This document shows, one piece after another, positions 37,725 through 50,289 of a stretch of 64,000 nt of DNA (position 1 is the stretch's first letter; every line of letters starts with the position of its first letter). This DNA comes from Felis catus. Its lineage: Eukaryota. Position numbers and translations under genes: made by a program. Under the pieces are notes generated by a model. It ran no database searches. It had not been told where the DNA came from and worked only from the letters and a program-made list of their open reading frames with translations. Location: NCBI RefSeq assembly GCF_018350175.1, contig NC_058368.1, forward strand, positions 87,422,001-87,486,000, given 5' to 3'.

Positions 37725-37920
37725 CTTTTGAGACGGAGAGAGAGAGAGAGAGAGAATCCCATGAACATCAGAGAGAGAAAGAAAGGGAGAGAGGGAGAGA
37801 AGCAGGGCTCACCTGAAGTGGGGCTCAGACTTGCCTGATTCAGGATTCAAACTCATGAGCCCTGAGATCATAACCTGAGTCAAAGTCAGAGGCTTAACTG
37901 ACTGAGCCACCTAGGTGCCC
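37680..37920 (-). mobile_element. CAN-SINE
   Basis: Reverse SINE with (TTTA)n tail. Confidence 0.85.
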
Positions 37921-38259
37921 AGTCCACTTAATCTTCATAGGAACAGTGAGAATCTGTGACCCTCAAGCCAGAAGAACTTCCTTCTTACCCATCCTATCTG
38001 CCCTGTCTCCTCCCCGGCAGGAGGAAAGCTCCAGTTTGGGTGAATGAAGTCAAGAAAATATGGCCCCCTCTACCCTCATCTCTCAATCCAGGCATATAGT
38101 ATGTCCCAAGAAAGGGAAGGGACAAGAAGCCAGTATTCCTCATCACCCCCTCAATTCCAAGCTGCAGAGGACAAATTCCTGTCTCTACCTGTGGCATGGT
38201 AAGCTGAGGGCATGTAACCCCACTCATTCAGGGTAGGTAGGCTTCCATGCCTGCAACTT

Positions 38260-38950
38260 CTACATGGACGTTCTCAGCAGCATTGTTCATAAGAGCCAAA
38301 AAGTGGAAGCAAACCAAAAATCACCAGCTGCTGAGTGTATACACAAATTGTGGTATGTCAACCTAAGGAAATGTTATTCAATAATAAAACATAACCAATC
38401 ACTGACATATATAATTACATGGACAATTTTAAAAAATAATGTTTATTCATTTATTGAAATAGAGAGCACGAGTGGGGGAGGGGCAGGGAGAGATTGAGAC
38501 ATAGAATCCCAGACAGGCTCCAGGCTCTGAGCTGTCAGCAAAGAGCTGGATACAGGGCTAGAACTCACAAACCACGAGGTTATGACCTGAACTGAAGTCA
38601 GATGCTCAACCGACTGAGCCACCCAGGTGCCCCTATATGAATGATTCTTAAACATATGTCAAGAGAAAGAAGCTACGCAGACAGAAAGCATGTACATGGT
38701 CACCTAGGACCAAGGATTTGGGAGGAAACGGACAGTGATTTCTAGTGGGCACAGAATGTTCCCCACTAGAACACTTGTGGTCATGAAAATGTTCTAAAAT
38801 TAATTGTGGCAATGGTTGCACAACTCCACGAATATATTAAAATTTTTTGAACTGCATGCATACTATATTTTTTTTTTTACTGGATGAGATACTTTAAATA
38901 GCTGAACTGTAAAGGCTGTGACTAACACTGTATCAATAAAACTATTATTT
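38260..38950 (+). mobile_element. Old L1ME/MC 3' fragment with CAN-SINE (38438-38633, minus)
   Basis: CAGCATTGTTCATAAGAGCCAAAAAGTGGAAGCAAACC...GAAAATGTTCTAAAATT...GGTTGCACAACT. Confidence 0.75.
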
Positions 38951-39069
38951 TTTTAGATTCTTATTTTTAAAAAAGGAAGATCATTGAAGTGTGCCTTTTA
39001 GAATTTGTTCTTTCTCTTCTACCTGCCAGGAATGCAGCTGCCAGAACCTGAGGGTACGAAAGGTGTCTT

Positions 39070-39273
39070 GGGGCACCTGGCTGGCTCAGTCAGTTGAGCA
39101 TCAGACTCTCGATTTCAGCTCAGGTCATGATGTCACAGTTTGTGAGTCCCAGCTCTGCGTGGGGCTCTGCACTGACAGCATGGAGCCTGCCCTGGACTCT
39201 GTCGTCTCCCTGTCTTTCTATTCCTTCCCCACTTGTGCTCTCTTTCCAAATAAATAAACATTTTTTTAAAAAG
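39070..39273 (+). mobile_element. CAN-SINE
   Basis: Head, CT tract, tail. Confidence 0.88.
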
Positions 39274-39927
39274 AAGGAAAAAGAAAGCCATCTTGAATCT
39301 ATGAAAACAAAAACCGTGTGCCAAGGAAGACTGCACATAAAAAATTGAAAGAATCTGGGGCCTCAGCGACACCATGACCTTGCCACCTTCCTCTGAATAG
39401 AAAACACACAACAGACTCTTGTTTAAGTCACTGCAATTTGGGCTTTTGTCCAGTGCATCCAAGCAACAATCCTAAACAACTGCTGTCTCGATCCTGTCCC
39501 TCTCTCAGAAGCACCTACTTTCAATGATTTGGACAGTCTTTCCTGCATCTCTTTAAATCTGCTTATACTGCTATTGCTTGATTTTCAGTTTTAGACCTTG
39601 TCCATTTCCTTTTATGACAGTTGCAGATCTAGTTATGTTACATCTATTCTCTACTTCCTGTCCCTCCTTTCTATCAACATAGTTCATCACACTTTAATGT
39701 AAACCATTCAATTTACAGATTTATGGCTTTGCTCACGCTCTTCACTGCAAAGTCAGGGACTGTTCCAAGATTATCTTCTTATATGTTGTTTCTTTTTCTT
39801 TTCATGATTTAAAAATTGCCTATGTTTTTTCATATTTTTTGTTTGTTTATTGTTTGGTGTATCTGAACACTCCATTACATATGCTATCAAACCATCAATC
39901 CTATGAGTCTCTCTCTTTTTTAAAAAC

Positions 39928-40143
39928 TTTATTTTGAGAGAAAGAGAGCGTGTGCATGTGCATGTACATACTGGCATACGTACATGCAAGTGGAGGAGGG
40001 GCAAAGATAGAGGGAGAGAAAGAGAATCCCAAGCAGGCCCCACACAGTCAGCACAGATCCTGATGTGGGGCTCAAACTCACAAACCATGAGATCATGACC
40101 TGACCCAAAGTTGAACGTTTAACTGACTGAGCCATCAGTTGCC
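39928..40143 (-). mobile_element. CAN-SINE
   Basis: Reverse SINE body. Confidence 0.85.
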
Positions 40144-40657
40144 TCTCTCTCTATCTCTGTCTCTTCTGAAAACTGTCCTCCAGGTTGTCAATTCTCCTGA
40201 CATAGCTTGGACAGGTTTCTCACTAGGTCTACAAGGTCATCTATCCAGAACTTTTCCTTGAGTGACCTGTGTCAGTGCCCTCATTTCTAGGATCCCATAT
40301 CTTTTCTCTGTCTTGATTTACTTCCTTGACTTGCAGAAGTACCTCTTCCAGTAGCTCCCTGAGAAAAGAATCATCTGATAAATTTCCTGAGCCTTTCATG
40401 CTGGACAGTGTTTATAATTGTCCTCACACTTGATTAATAGTTTATCTAGGTTGAAAAATTTATGTCAGTGATCCTTCTAGCATCAAATGTGGCTTTTGAG
40501 AAACACAAGGACATCCATATTCTTGTTCCTTTCTATGTTATTTCTTTCTCTTTGCTAATTTTCTCCTCTTCTCTGGATGCTTATAAGATCACTTCTTCCC
40601 TGGCCCTAAAATTTCAAAACAATATGATTATTTTATGCATGGATACTCAAGGAGCCA

Positions 40658-40880
40658 TTTTTTTAAGTTTTTGTTAACGTTTATTCACTTTTGAGAGATG
40701 GAGGGAGACAGAGCATGAACGGGGAAGGGTCAGAGAGAGAGGGAGACACAGAATTGAAAGCAGGCTCCAGGTCCTGAGCTGTCAGCACAGAGCCCGACAT
40801 GAGGCTTGAATTCACGAACCGTGAGATCATGACCTGAGCTGAAGTTGGACACCCAACCAACTGAGCCACACAGGTGCCCC
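40658..40880 (-). mobile_element. CAN-SINE
   Basis: Reverse SINE; TSD ctcaagga(g/t)ccatttt. Confidence 0.9.
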
Positions 40881-41010
40881 TCAAGGATCCATTTTAATTT
40901 GAAAAAGAATGCTAACCAGTACTGGAAAAACCTCTTAATATGATTTCTTTGATTTTTGCCCCCCTCCCCCATTTCCTCTGTTTTATTTTTCTCAATCTCT
41001 TAATAATTGA

Positions 41011-41210
41011 CTTTTTAAATTTTATACTGTTTTATTTATTTTTTGAGAGAGAGAGTGTGTGAATGGAGGACAGACAGAGAGAGAGATGATCTGAAGCAGG
41101 CACAATGCTGACAGGCTCATAGCAGCAAGCCTGATGCAGGGCTTGAACTCACAAACCAGGAGATACTACCTGAGCCAACCACTTAATCGACTAAGCCACA
41201 CAGGTGCCCC
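41011..41210 (-). mobile_element. CAN-SINE
   Basis: Reverse SINE; TSD aataattg(a/g)ctttttaaa. Confidence 0.87.
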
Positions 41211-42318
41211 AATAATTGGCTTTTTAAACCTTTGTGTTTTTTTTTAATGATAAGTTGTAGACAAATAGGAAATGCCATCTAACATACAAAATCACAAAAC
41301 GTGTTGAAACTATCCTAAAATATGTGAAAGCAAAGTCTGAATTGTACAATTTTGGGGCAAATGTGATTGAGCATTGGGCAATCTGGTATTAAACTGACTT
41401 TTGGGCAACTGACCCCATTCTGACTACAGGGGTATTAGAGAGGGCCTCCTGCCTGCCAATACACTTCCCCAAGCTTTTCAGCTTATGTCTAGAACTGCCT
41501 TCTCACATAACAAATCCTTTTGTCCCATGTAAAAAATGCAGAGCCTCAAATTCACATAACATAAACAGGTCCATCCATGCCACCTCTGAGGACAGATATT
41601 GGTAAAAAGAAAGGCGGAATTTTGTATTTGGAAGAAGAATCAGGGTGGATGGATGTTCATGTTGCCAGTGGTTGACCTTGATGAGAGAGAAAGAGAGGTT
41701 TCAGGGCTGGAAGAGGATGTGCAGGGAATAATCACGGAGGAGACCCCGAGGAAAAGAAAGATGCTTGTCTATGTGCAGGGCAGAACACCAGCATCTTCAC
41801 CTCTATGACGCAGGACGTAAGAGGCCTCAGACTAGATCAAAGCTCACTCACTCTCTTTCGATAGACATGTAGGTTGTTTCATGTTCACTACTGTGGATAA
41901 TGCCGCATGAACATAGAGACATCCCTCTGACATCCTGTTTTCATTTCCTTTGGATCTAAACTCGGAAGTGGAATAGCGGGATGGATATGTGGTTCCATTT
42001 TTAGTTTTTTGAGAAATCTCCATTCTCTTCTCCCAAGTAGCTGAAACAATTTTCATTTCCACTGACAGCACGCAAGAATTATGGCCAGCAATGCTGTTTT
42101 ACACACTTGAAAGTTGCAAAAACGGTAGATATTGAATATTCTCAGCAGTAAAAGAAATGGTAACTATGTGATAGATGGACTTATTGGCCTATAATACAGC
42201 CTTCTAATATTTTTTTCATATTTCTGTAACTTTTTTGTTCAAAGCACAATATTATTGCAAGATATTTTTAAGTATGATAGGAGGGTTTTTGTTTTGTTTT
42301 GTTTTTTTTAATCAGCCT

Positions 42319-42553
42319 GGGGCACCTGGGTGGCTCAGTCATTTGAGCATTCAACTTCAGCTCAGGTCATGATCTCATGATTTGTAACTTGGAGCCCTGC
42401 ATTGGGCTCTGTGTTGACAGCCGGGAACCTGGAGCCTGCTTCTGATTCTGTGTCTCAGTCTCTCTCTGCCCCTCCCCACTCGTGCTCTGTCTCTCTCAAA
42501 AATGAATAAACATTTTTTTAAAATTTTAATAAAAAATGGAAATTTAAAAAAAA
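42319..42553 (+). mobile_element. CAN-SINE
   Basis: Head, CT tract, tail. Confidence 0.9.
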
Positions 42554-42580
42554 ATCAACTTTTAAGGTAATGTTGAACAG

Positions 42581-42682
42581 TGACAAAGATTCTCACCTGG
42601 ATGGAAATTCACTCAGGTTCCTTTGAGGCATTTTTTTTTTTAGTTTATTTATTATGAGAGAGACAATGCGAGTGGGGTAGGG

Positions 42683-42721
<39 letters not shown>

Positions 42722-43220
42722 CAAGCAGCCTCCGCATCGTCAGCACAGAGCCCGATAAAACTCACCAATGGCAAGATCAGGACCTGAGTCTGACACTTAG
42801 CTGACTCACCCAGGCGCCTTCCTTTAAGCCTGAAACTGGCCCTCACCCTGTGTTCAGCCTGCCAAGCCAGCTTCAGCAGGATTCCTGCTAAATCATCCTT
42901 CCACCCTTGCTATAAGATCACCTTGGATATCTGATCAGGTTTCTCATCCCCCACCCTTGAAGTCTAAATCCGATGGGCCTTTAGCAAGAATCCTGTTAGG
43001 TTGGTTTAACCAGAATCCTCCTCCCCTTGATGTGTCCTCTTAGGAATTTTTCAGCCACTGACCACCACTCTTCTCAGTGGCTGTAAATGCCCAGCTATCT
43101 TTACTGTATTTAAAGTTGAGTCAGCTGTCTCTCCCCTACTGCAATACCTCTATTACAACTGTCCCGTGAGGTCTTCCTTAACCACTTTAGCAAGTGTCAG
43201 AATATTTTTTCTCTTTATCA
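42581..43220 (+). mobile_element. MER31-like ERV1 solo LTR interrupted by a CAN-SINE (42631-42818, minus)
   Basis: Starts TGACAAAGATTCTC, internal TTTAGCAAGAATCCTG and GATATCTGATCAGGTT, ends CTTTATCA. Confidence 0.65.
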
Positions 43221-43659
43221 ATGACTGTTGCTCAAGCTTCTAATCGTAAAAAATGCCCCAGTTCATCTAGAGTCCCGGAGGTGAGATTATTGTGCTAAGA
43301 AACAAAACAGAAGTTAAAGTTTTGCATCTGGTCAGAGAGCTCCATTGCTGTCTCCTTTGCACGCATAGAAATAAGATATCATTGCACTAAATACAGACAC
43401 GGGTTTCTTCCAGGTAACCATTTAAAACATGCCAGTTTTGTAACCCTGCTTTGTCACTCCTTCTCCTTCTTCTTTCTTAATACACTACTGGATTCTCAAA
43501 TCAAAAACAGGGGCGGGGGTGGGGGGAAAAAAATGGAAGTGGCCTCAAACTGCTGTTGCAATACTTTTCCCACATTTTGGGCACTTCTCCTTTCCAGAAC
43601 CTGAGTGCAGCCACATCTTAAGCTGGGGGAATCTCAACACCCCCAGTCTGGCCTGACCA

Positions 43660-44262
43660 CTCTCTCTGTCTCTGTGTCTCTCTGTATCACTCTCTGTCTC
43701 TCTCTATCTTCTTCTCTGTGCCTCTCTGTGTATTTCTGTTTCTCTGTATCTCTGTCTCCATCTCTGTCTCTCTGTATCTCTCTGTCTCTCTCTCTTTCTC
43801 TCTCTGTTTCTGTCTCTCTCTCTCTGGATCTCTCTCTCTCTGTGTCTCTGTCTCTCTCTCTGTCTCTCTCTGTCTCTGTCTCTCTGTCTCTCTCTGTCCC
43901 TCTGTGTCTCTCTCTCTCAGTCACTATATCTCTCTGTCTTTGTCCCTCTGTATCTCTCTCTGCCTCTGTCTCTCTCTCTGTCTCTCTGTCTCTCTCTGTC
44001 CCTCTGTATCTCTCTCTGCCTCTGTCTCTCTCTCTGTCTGTCTCTCTCTGTCCCTCTGTATCTCTCTCTGTCTCTCTCTCTTTGTCTCTCTCTGTCCCTC
44101 TGTATCTCTCCCTATCTATCTCTCTGTCTCTCTCTCTCTCTCTGTCCCTCTGTATCTCTCTCTCTGTCTCTCTGTCTGTCTGTCTCTGTTCCTCTGTATC
44201 TCTGTCTCTGTCTGTCCCTCTGTATCTCTCTCTGTCTCTCTGTCACTCTGTCTGTCCCTCTG

Positions 44263-44299
<37 letters not shown>

Positions 44300-44308
44300 G
44301 TCTCTCTC
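43660..44308. repeat. ~650 bp CT-rich low-complexity/minisatellite tract
   Basis: (CT)n interspersed with recurrent TGTCCCTCTGTATCTC units. Confidence 0.95.
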
Positions 44309-45406
44309 TGGCTGTCCTGCATCTTCAACCCTAACAGCTGACTAGGAGCTTCCTGTTTTAACTAGGGGTTGGGGAGAGATGGGGATGCCCCTGACTTCAT
44401 TCCTCCTGCTGTCTGCTGCTCTCCACTGGTCATGGCTGTTAGTCAATCCTGCACTGTCCTCCCAAAGTGGAGAGAAAAGGAAGAAAAGGAAGGGCAGAGG
44501 AGCTTGCAGAGGCTGGAAAAAGGAGAAAGTCACTCACTGGAGGACAGAGTGCACGTTGCGTTGACGTCGCTAGAAGAGTGGCACGGGAGGAGTACTGGTG
44601 GAAGATGCTGTTTTTCTGGAGGAACAATAGAGCTGGTGCAGGGGTGGGGTGGGACAAGTGCATACAGTGATGATTTTGATGCTTCCTGGGAAATAAGTCA
44701 TGTGGTTGCAAAAGCCATCAGTCCCGAAATCTGAATCACACGTCCTCCACCCAACACTCTCCCCAGAGAGCCTCACTCTTCCAGAAGGGAAGGGATATGA
44801 CTCCTCTTCTGTGCTGCAGTTGGTCAGCCCATGGGTCCGTCTCTAGATCCTCTTCCTGCTTCCAGAGGCCATGGGAAGCAAGCCCATCCTCTGCTGGGAA
44901 GCTGGATCAAAGGGTCTTTACACCCTTTTCAGAGCTGACCGCTGGCTGTCTAGGAATCCAGGAACACCGGTGGAGGTTGTGACTTCATACCCTTTCAAAG
45001 ATGTGCTGTAGCCTCCCAGTGACAGCCTGTAATGTTATATCCTTTATTCAGATAAAGTACCCAACCCTACTGATGCCCACCCCTCCACAATATTTTAATC
45101 TGATTGTGTGGTTCATTCCTCATACCTGAACAGGAAAGCAGCCAAACTCTGGGCCAGGTAAGAAGAAATCCCATCTCTGGAAACTCAGCCCCACACGGCA
45201 GACCACTTACTTTGGAGGGAGGGGACTCCCCTCCCTCCACCCTCACTTAGGGCCACAAATGCCTCATCAAAACCCATCCACAAGAAGGCTCCTGAAAAGT
45301 CACCTTCAATTGTTTAGAAATGAAGAGACATTAGAAACTATCCCTTTAACTGGGACTCCGAAAGGTTGGCTTGCTCAGGGTTTAAAAAACTTGCATGTCT
45401 AGACCA

Positions 45407-46135
45407 CCAGTACTCAAAATATTTGGTCTCAAGTCCCCTACACTTTCTCAAACAAGAGAACTCCAGATGGCTTTTGTGTGAGGATCATATCTGTCAATAT
45501 TCGTGGTGTCATAAATTAAAACTAGGAAAGATGTTAACTAAATTATTACTTTATTTTAGGGGCACCTGAGTGGCTCATAAACGTTAAAAAATTAATTAAA
45601 ATAATAATAAACACATGAACCTAAGTAACATGTTTTTCTTAAAAGTAACTGCTTCCTCAAACAAATTGCTATTAGGAAGAGTACCATTGGCTTACATTTT
45701 GCATAGCTCATGAATGTCCAACTTAGTGAAAAATAGCTGAGTTCTCACATTGGCTCCTGTATTCAGTCTGTTGCAATATCATACATCATGCAGCCTACTG
45801 ACAATTTCATAGCACTCTGTTTTTTCTTTAATTATTGTTAAGTTTATTTATTTATTTTGAGAGAGAGAGGGTGGAGTAGGAGCAGAGGGGGAGTGAGAGA
45901 GAGAATCCCAAGCAGGCTCCACACTGTCAACACAGAGCCTGACACAGAGCTTTATCTCACGAGCTGTGAGATCATGACCTGAGTGGAAATCAAGAGCCAG
46001 ACTCAAGAGACTGAGCCACCCAGGTGCTTCTGATGACTTCAAATTATTATGAAAATAGTTTTAACCTTGCAGATGCCCTGAAAGGATGCCAGGGCCCCAC
46101 AGGGTTTCCCTGACCACATTTTAAGAACTGTAGCT
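45407..46135 (+). mobile_element. MER119-like hAT-Charlie element with CAN-SINE (45820-46028, minus) and SINE remnant (45559-45600)
   Basis: CAGTACTCAAAATATTTGGTCTCAAGTCCCC...AAATTAAAACT and terminal GACCACATTTTAAGAACTG. Confidence 0.55.
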
Positions 46136-46939
46136 GTACATCTGGGGTGAGTGTCTCCCAAACTCTACGTGCTGCTTTCACATCCTATGTCATTATTGCA
46201 CATCATTATGTTAACCTCTGACCTATCAAACAAAATCAAAATTTTGTTAGAGCTTCATAGAGAAATCTGGAGACTGTATTAGAGATGACGAGACTGAAAA
46301 GAGAAGTTGGATGAGTCACTTCAAAAAGATGGCCAGTGCTCTCCTCAAAGACACTGAACCAGAATTACGGAAGACGGGTTCATATGTGACGTGGGTCGTG
46401 CATTCACAGAGCCTGGTGCTCCAGATGGGAGCTGTGCTTTGGGCACCAAACTGTTTTTCCCATGGAAACTCTATGTGATACACCCCAGGGGTGAAAAACC
46501 ATTAATTTAATGGTAGTTAGGTCATGCAGTTGGGGCCAACCAGTGAGCTGGGGATTTTTTGTCTTCGCTCCATTATTAGGAAGCCCACAAAGAGAAAGTC
46601 CTGCAGGAGGGGAGCTTGGGTCCTGGACCCACAGAACGAAGAGTGGGCTCTGCAAAACTGGGTGCTGCCCGTCTACCCCTTCATTTTCCTGCTTCTCAGG
46701 GCCACTTAACTCTGTTTTGTTCCACGTTCTCCTGCCTAAGCCCTCTGCTCCGTTACTGAAGGAAGGTGCTCGTTTCTTCCAATTTTAATCCAGATGTGAG
46801 GAATACAAATGCAAAATTGCTAGGCACCCACAAACCCCTGGGTCTAGCACATCAAAAGAAAAAAAAAAGGCAGGGGCCTTTTTTCAGTTGATTCCAGGGC
46901 TGTGGAGATTTTCCAGTGTTAAGAAATTGCTTAACCTTG

Positions 46940-47474
46940 TGCAATGTTGGTGGAATTGTAAATCAGTACTGCTACTATGAAAACAGATAGGGAAGTTCTT
47001 CAAAAGATTAAAAACAGGGGTGTCTGGGTGGCTCTAGTCGGTTGAGCGTCCGACATCAGCTCAGGTCATGACCTCGCGGTTCACAAGTTCGAGTTCGAGC
47101 CGCGCATCGGGTTCTGTGCTGACAGCTCGGAGCCTGGAGCCTTGTTCAGATTCTGTCATTTCCCTCTCTCTCTGACCCTCCCTGCTTGTGCTCTGTCTCT
47201 CTCTCTCTCAAAAATAAATAAGCATTAAATTTTTTTTAATTAAAAATAGAACCACCATATAAGCTAGCAATTCTGAGTATGTATCCAAAGGAAATGAAAA
47301 TCATGTTGGAGAGATATCTGTATCCCCATGTGCATTGAAGCATTATCACAAAGGCCAAGACATGGAAACAACCTAAGCATCCATCAACAGATGAATGGAT
47401 AAAAAATATGTGATATATAGGTATAGATGATATAGATATACATATACATATAGATTCAGATATAGGTACAAAGA

Positions 47475-47519
<45 letters not shown>

Positions 47520-48050
47520 ACAGTTAAGAAAAAAAGGAAATCCTGCCATTTGCAACAACATGGATGGACCTTGAGGGCATTATGCTAAGTGAAATAAGTC
47601 AGACAGAGAAAGATTAGTGCTGTATGATCTCACTTCTATGTGGAATCTAAAACAACAACAACTCAGGAAAAGATCAAATTTGTTACCAGAAGCAGGGGCT
47701 GGAAGATGTGGGAGAATTGGATAAAGATGAGCAAAGGTACAAACTTTCTGTCTTGCAATTATATGATAAATACTGAGAATGTAAGGTACATCATGATGAC
47801 TATAGTCAGTACTTGTGTATGTTATACTAAGAGAGTATATCCTACTGTCTGTTGCTAAGAGAGTAAATCCTAAAAGTTCTCATCACAACAAACAAAAACA
47901 TTTTGTTCTTTTATTTGTATTCACATGAGCTGATGAATGTTCACTAAGCTTATCTTGGCAGCCATTACAAAATATACATAAGTCATTATGTCATACACCT
48001 TAAACCTACACAGTGTTGTGTGTCAGTTATATCTCAGAACACTGGGGGAA
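46940..48050 (+). mobile_element. L1MA9-type 3' end with CAN-SINE (47017-47245)
   Basis: GAAATCCTGCCATTTGCAACAACATGGATGGACCTTGAGGGCATTATGCTAAGTGAAATAAG; terminal TCAGTTATATCTCA. Confidence 0.85.
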
Positions 48051-48294
48051 AAGGAACGGATTAGTATCATTCACTATACTGATAGGACAAAAGCACAAAA
48101 ACAATCACGTGGTCATCTCCATAAAAGCTAATGATATACTTAATAAAATTCAAGATCTTTATTGATTTTTTATTCATCTATTATTGATTCTTAAATACTT
48201 TTAAAAATAATCGTCATGTGACCAAGTACATAACATGACAAACATGTCTATCATCACTTGCTATGGATTGCACTGATATGTTGGAGTCCTTTTT

Positions 48295-48531
48295 AAAAAT
48301 TTTTTTTTATTTTTTTTAATTTTTTTTTCAACGTTTATTTATTTTTGGGACAGAGAGAGACAGAGCATGAACGGGCGAGGGGCAGAGAGAGAGGGAGACA
48401 CAGAATCGGAAACAGGCTCCAGGCTCTGAGCCATCAGCCCAGAGCCCGACGCGGGGCTCGAACTCACGGACCACGAGATCGTGACCTGGCTGAAGTCGGA
48501 CGCTTAACCGACTGCGCCACCCAGGCGCCCC
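48295..48531 (-). mobile_element. Very young SINEC_Fc-type CAN-SINE
   Basis: CpGs almost all intact (GGGGCGCCTGGGTGGCGCAGTCGGTTAAGCGTCCGAC...CCCCGCGTCGGGC), long A tail, TSD taaaattttttt. Confidence 0.95.
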
Positions 48532-48549
48532 TAAAATTTTTTTAATGTT

Positions 48550-48774
48550 GGGTGCCTGGGTGGCTCAGTTGGTTGAGTGTCCCACTTCAGCTCAGGTCAT
48601 GTCTCACAGTTTGTGAGTTTGAGCCGCGCATCAGGCTCTGTGCTGACAGCTTGCTCAGAGCCTGGAGCCTGCTTCAGATTCTGCGTCTCCTCTTTCTGCC
48701 CCTCCCCCACTCATGCACTGTCTCACTCTGTCTCTCAAAAATAAATGTTAAAAAAATATATACAAAAATAAAAT
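48550..48774 (+). mobile_element. CAN-SINE
   Basis: Full SINE; TSD aattttttaatgtt. Confidence 0.92.
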
Positions 48775-48775
48775 A

Positions 48776-48979
48776 ATTTTTTAATGTTTATTTATTTATT
48801 TTGATAGTGAGGGAGGGGAAGGGCAGAAAGAGAGAGAGAGTGGGAGAGAGAGAATCCCAAGTAGATTCTGCACTATCAGCACTGAGCCCCACACAGGGCT
48901 CGATCTCACAACTGTGAGATTATGACCTGAGCCAAAATCAAGAGTCAGGCGTTCAACCGACTGAGCCACCCAGGCACCC
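48776..48979 (-). mobile_element. CAN-SINE (host of the two preceding copies)
   Basis: Reverse SINE; outer TSD tgat(a/g)tg(t/c)tggagtcct at 48274 and 48981. Confidence 0.9.
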
Positions 48980-49529
48980 TTGATGTGCTGGAGTCCTAAC
49001 TCACAGAACCTTAGAAGGTGACCTTATTCAGAAATATGCTAGTTGCAGAGGTTATTACTTAAGAGGAGGTCATACTTGAATGGAGTAGACCTTAATCCAC
49101 ACACAAGGCAAGGCTTGACTGATTCAGCCAGTAAAGATACAAAGGAGCCATGTTCAGGTTCAGATAGCTGATCACTTACAGCAAAAAAAAAGAGCACCCA
49201 AAAGTGCCAGCTCCCCAGGCTCTCATCCCACATACCAAAATGAGAACATCCCAGCAAAAGTAGCAAGGGTGGTGGTGTGCCTCATAGCAGAGGCAGCTAG
49301 GCAGTTTTATATTCTGCAGCTCCATTCAGAGCAGGTTAGGGCAGAAAGCCCCACACCTCACTAAAACCCAGGAAGTCCTGAGAAACTGCCTCATGACAGC
49401 CTCCCTGGGGAGTCAGAGAGGTTAAGTGGGAGATGGCCCATTAACAGCCTTTCACAGTCTTACTGCAGTATCCTGTTCTAGGGTGATCACAAGGCTTGCT
49501 GTCAAGATTCAGATGAGCTATGGTTCAAG

Positions 49530-49855
49530 CCTGTATGGATTGAATAAATGCTTGTGTCCCCCCAAAGTAACATGTTGAAGCTCTAACCCCCAATGTCAGG
49601 GTATTAGGAAGTGGGGCCTTGGGTATATAATTAGTGTCAATGAAGTCACCATCTGATGAGGAGTTAGTGCCATCGTCAGAACAGAAACAGAGAAAGATCT
49701 TTCTCTGTCTCATGAGCACAAAGAAGAGGTCATGAGGTCACAGTGCAAGATGATGGCCACCCTGCAGCAACACCAGAATGAAGCCTACGTCAGTGGCACT
49801 CTGGTCTCAGACATGTAGGCTCCAGAGTTGTGATATGTGATTTCTGTGGTTGAAG
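49530..49855 (+). mobile_element. MLT1A-like MaLR LTR
   Basis: TGTGTCCCCCAAAGTAACATGTTGAAGCTCTAACCCCCAATG...GGTATTAGGAAGTGGGGCCTT. Confidence 0.7.
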
Positions 49856-50289
49856 CTGCCTAGGCTGGACTTCTCACAGCAGCCCAAGTTCATGGACTCT
49901 GTGTCTGGAGTGTGTCTCCAGGGCACCACGGTAGAACCACACACCTTCAATCCCCTCCCTCCAGCAGGTCTCCAACCTTCACCTTCATGGGTTGCAAATG
50001 CATTCTGGGTGACACAACTCAGATCGGTTAGCCCTTGGGCACTCACTTTTCTGGAATACCCCAGCAGGGCAGACTGTCTTGTTCTCCCTGGTTTCTCCAG
50101 TTTCCTTTATTCCAAACTATTAAAGCATATTTGCAGTCCACTTCACACACACTCTCCACCCCACCTGCCTCTTCCAGGAGTCAGCACCAAGGTTTGCAAA
50201 TATAAGTCCACAACCAGTATCTGTTGGATTATATGCATTAGTTTGAAAGGATTCAATCTGGAGGCACCTGGCTGGCTCAGTCCAAAGAG

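Noticed and set aside
43605..44345. Long Ser/Leu-rich and Arg/Glu-rich ORFs (246 aa, 207 aa and others)
   Set aside because: Artefacts of the stop-free CT repeat.
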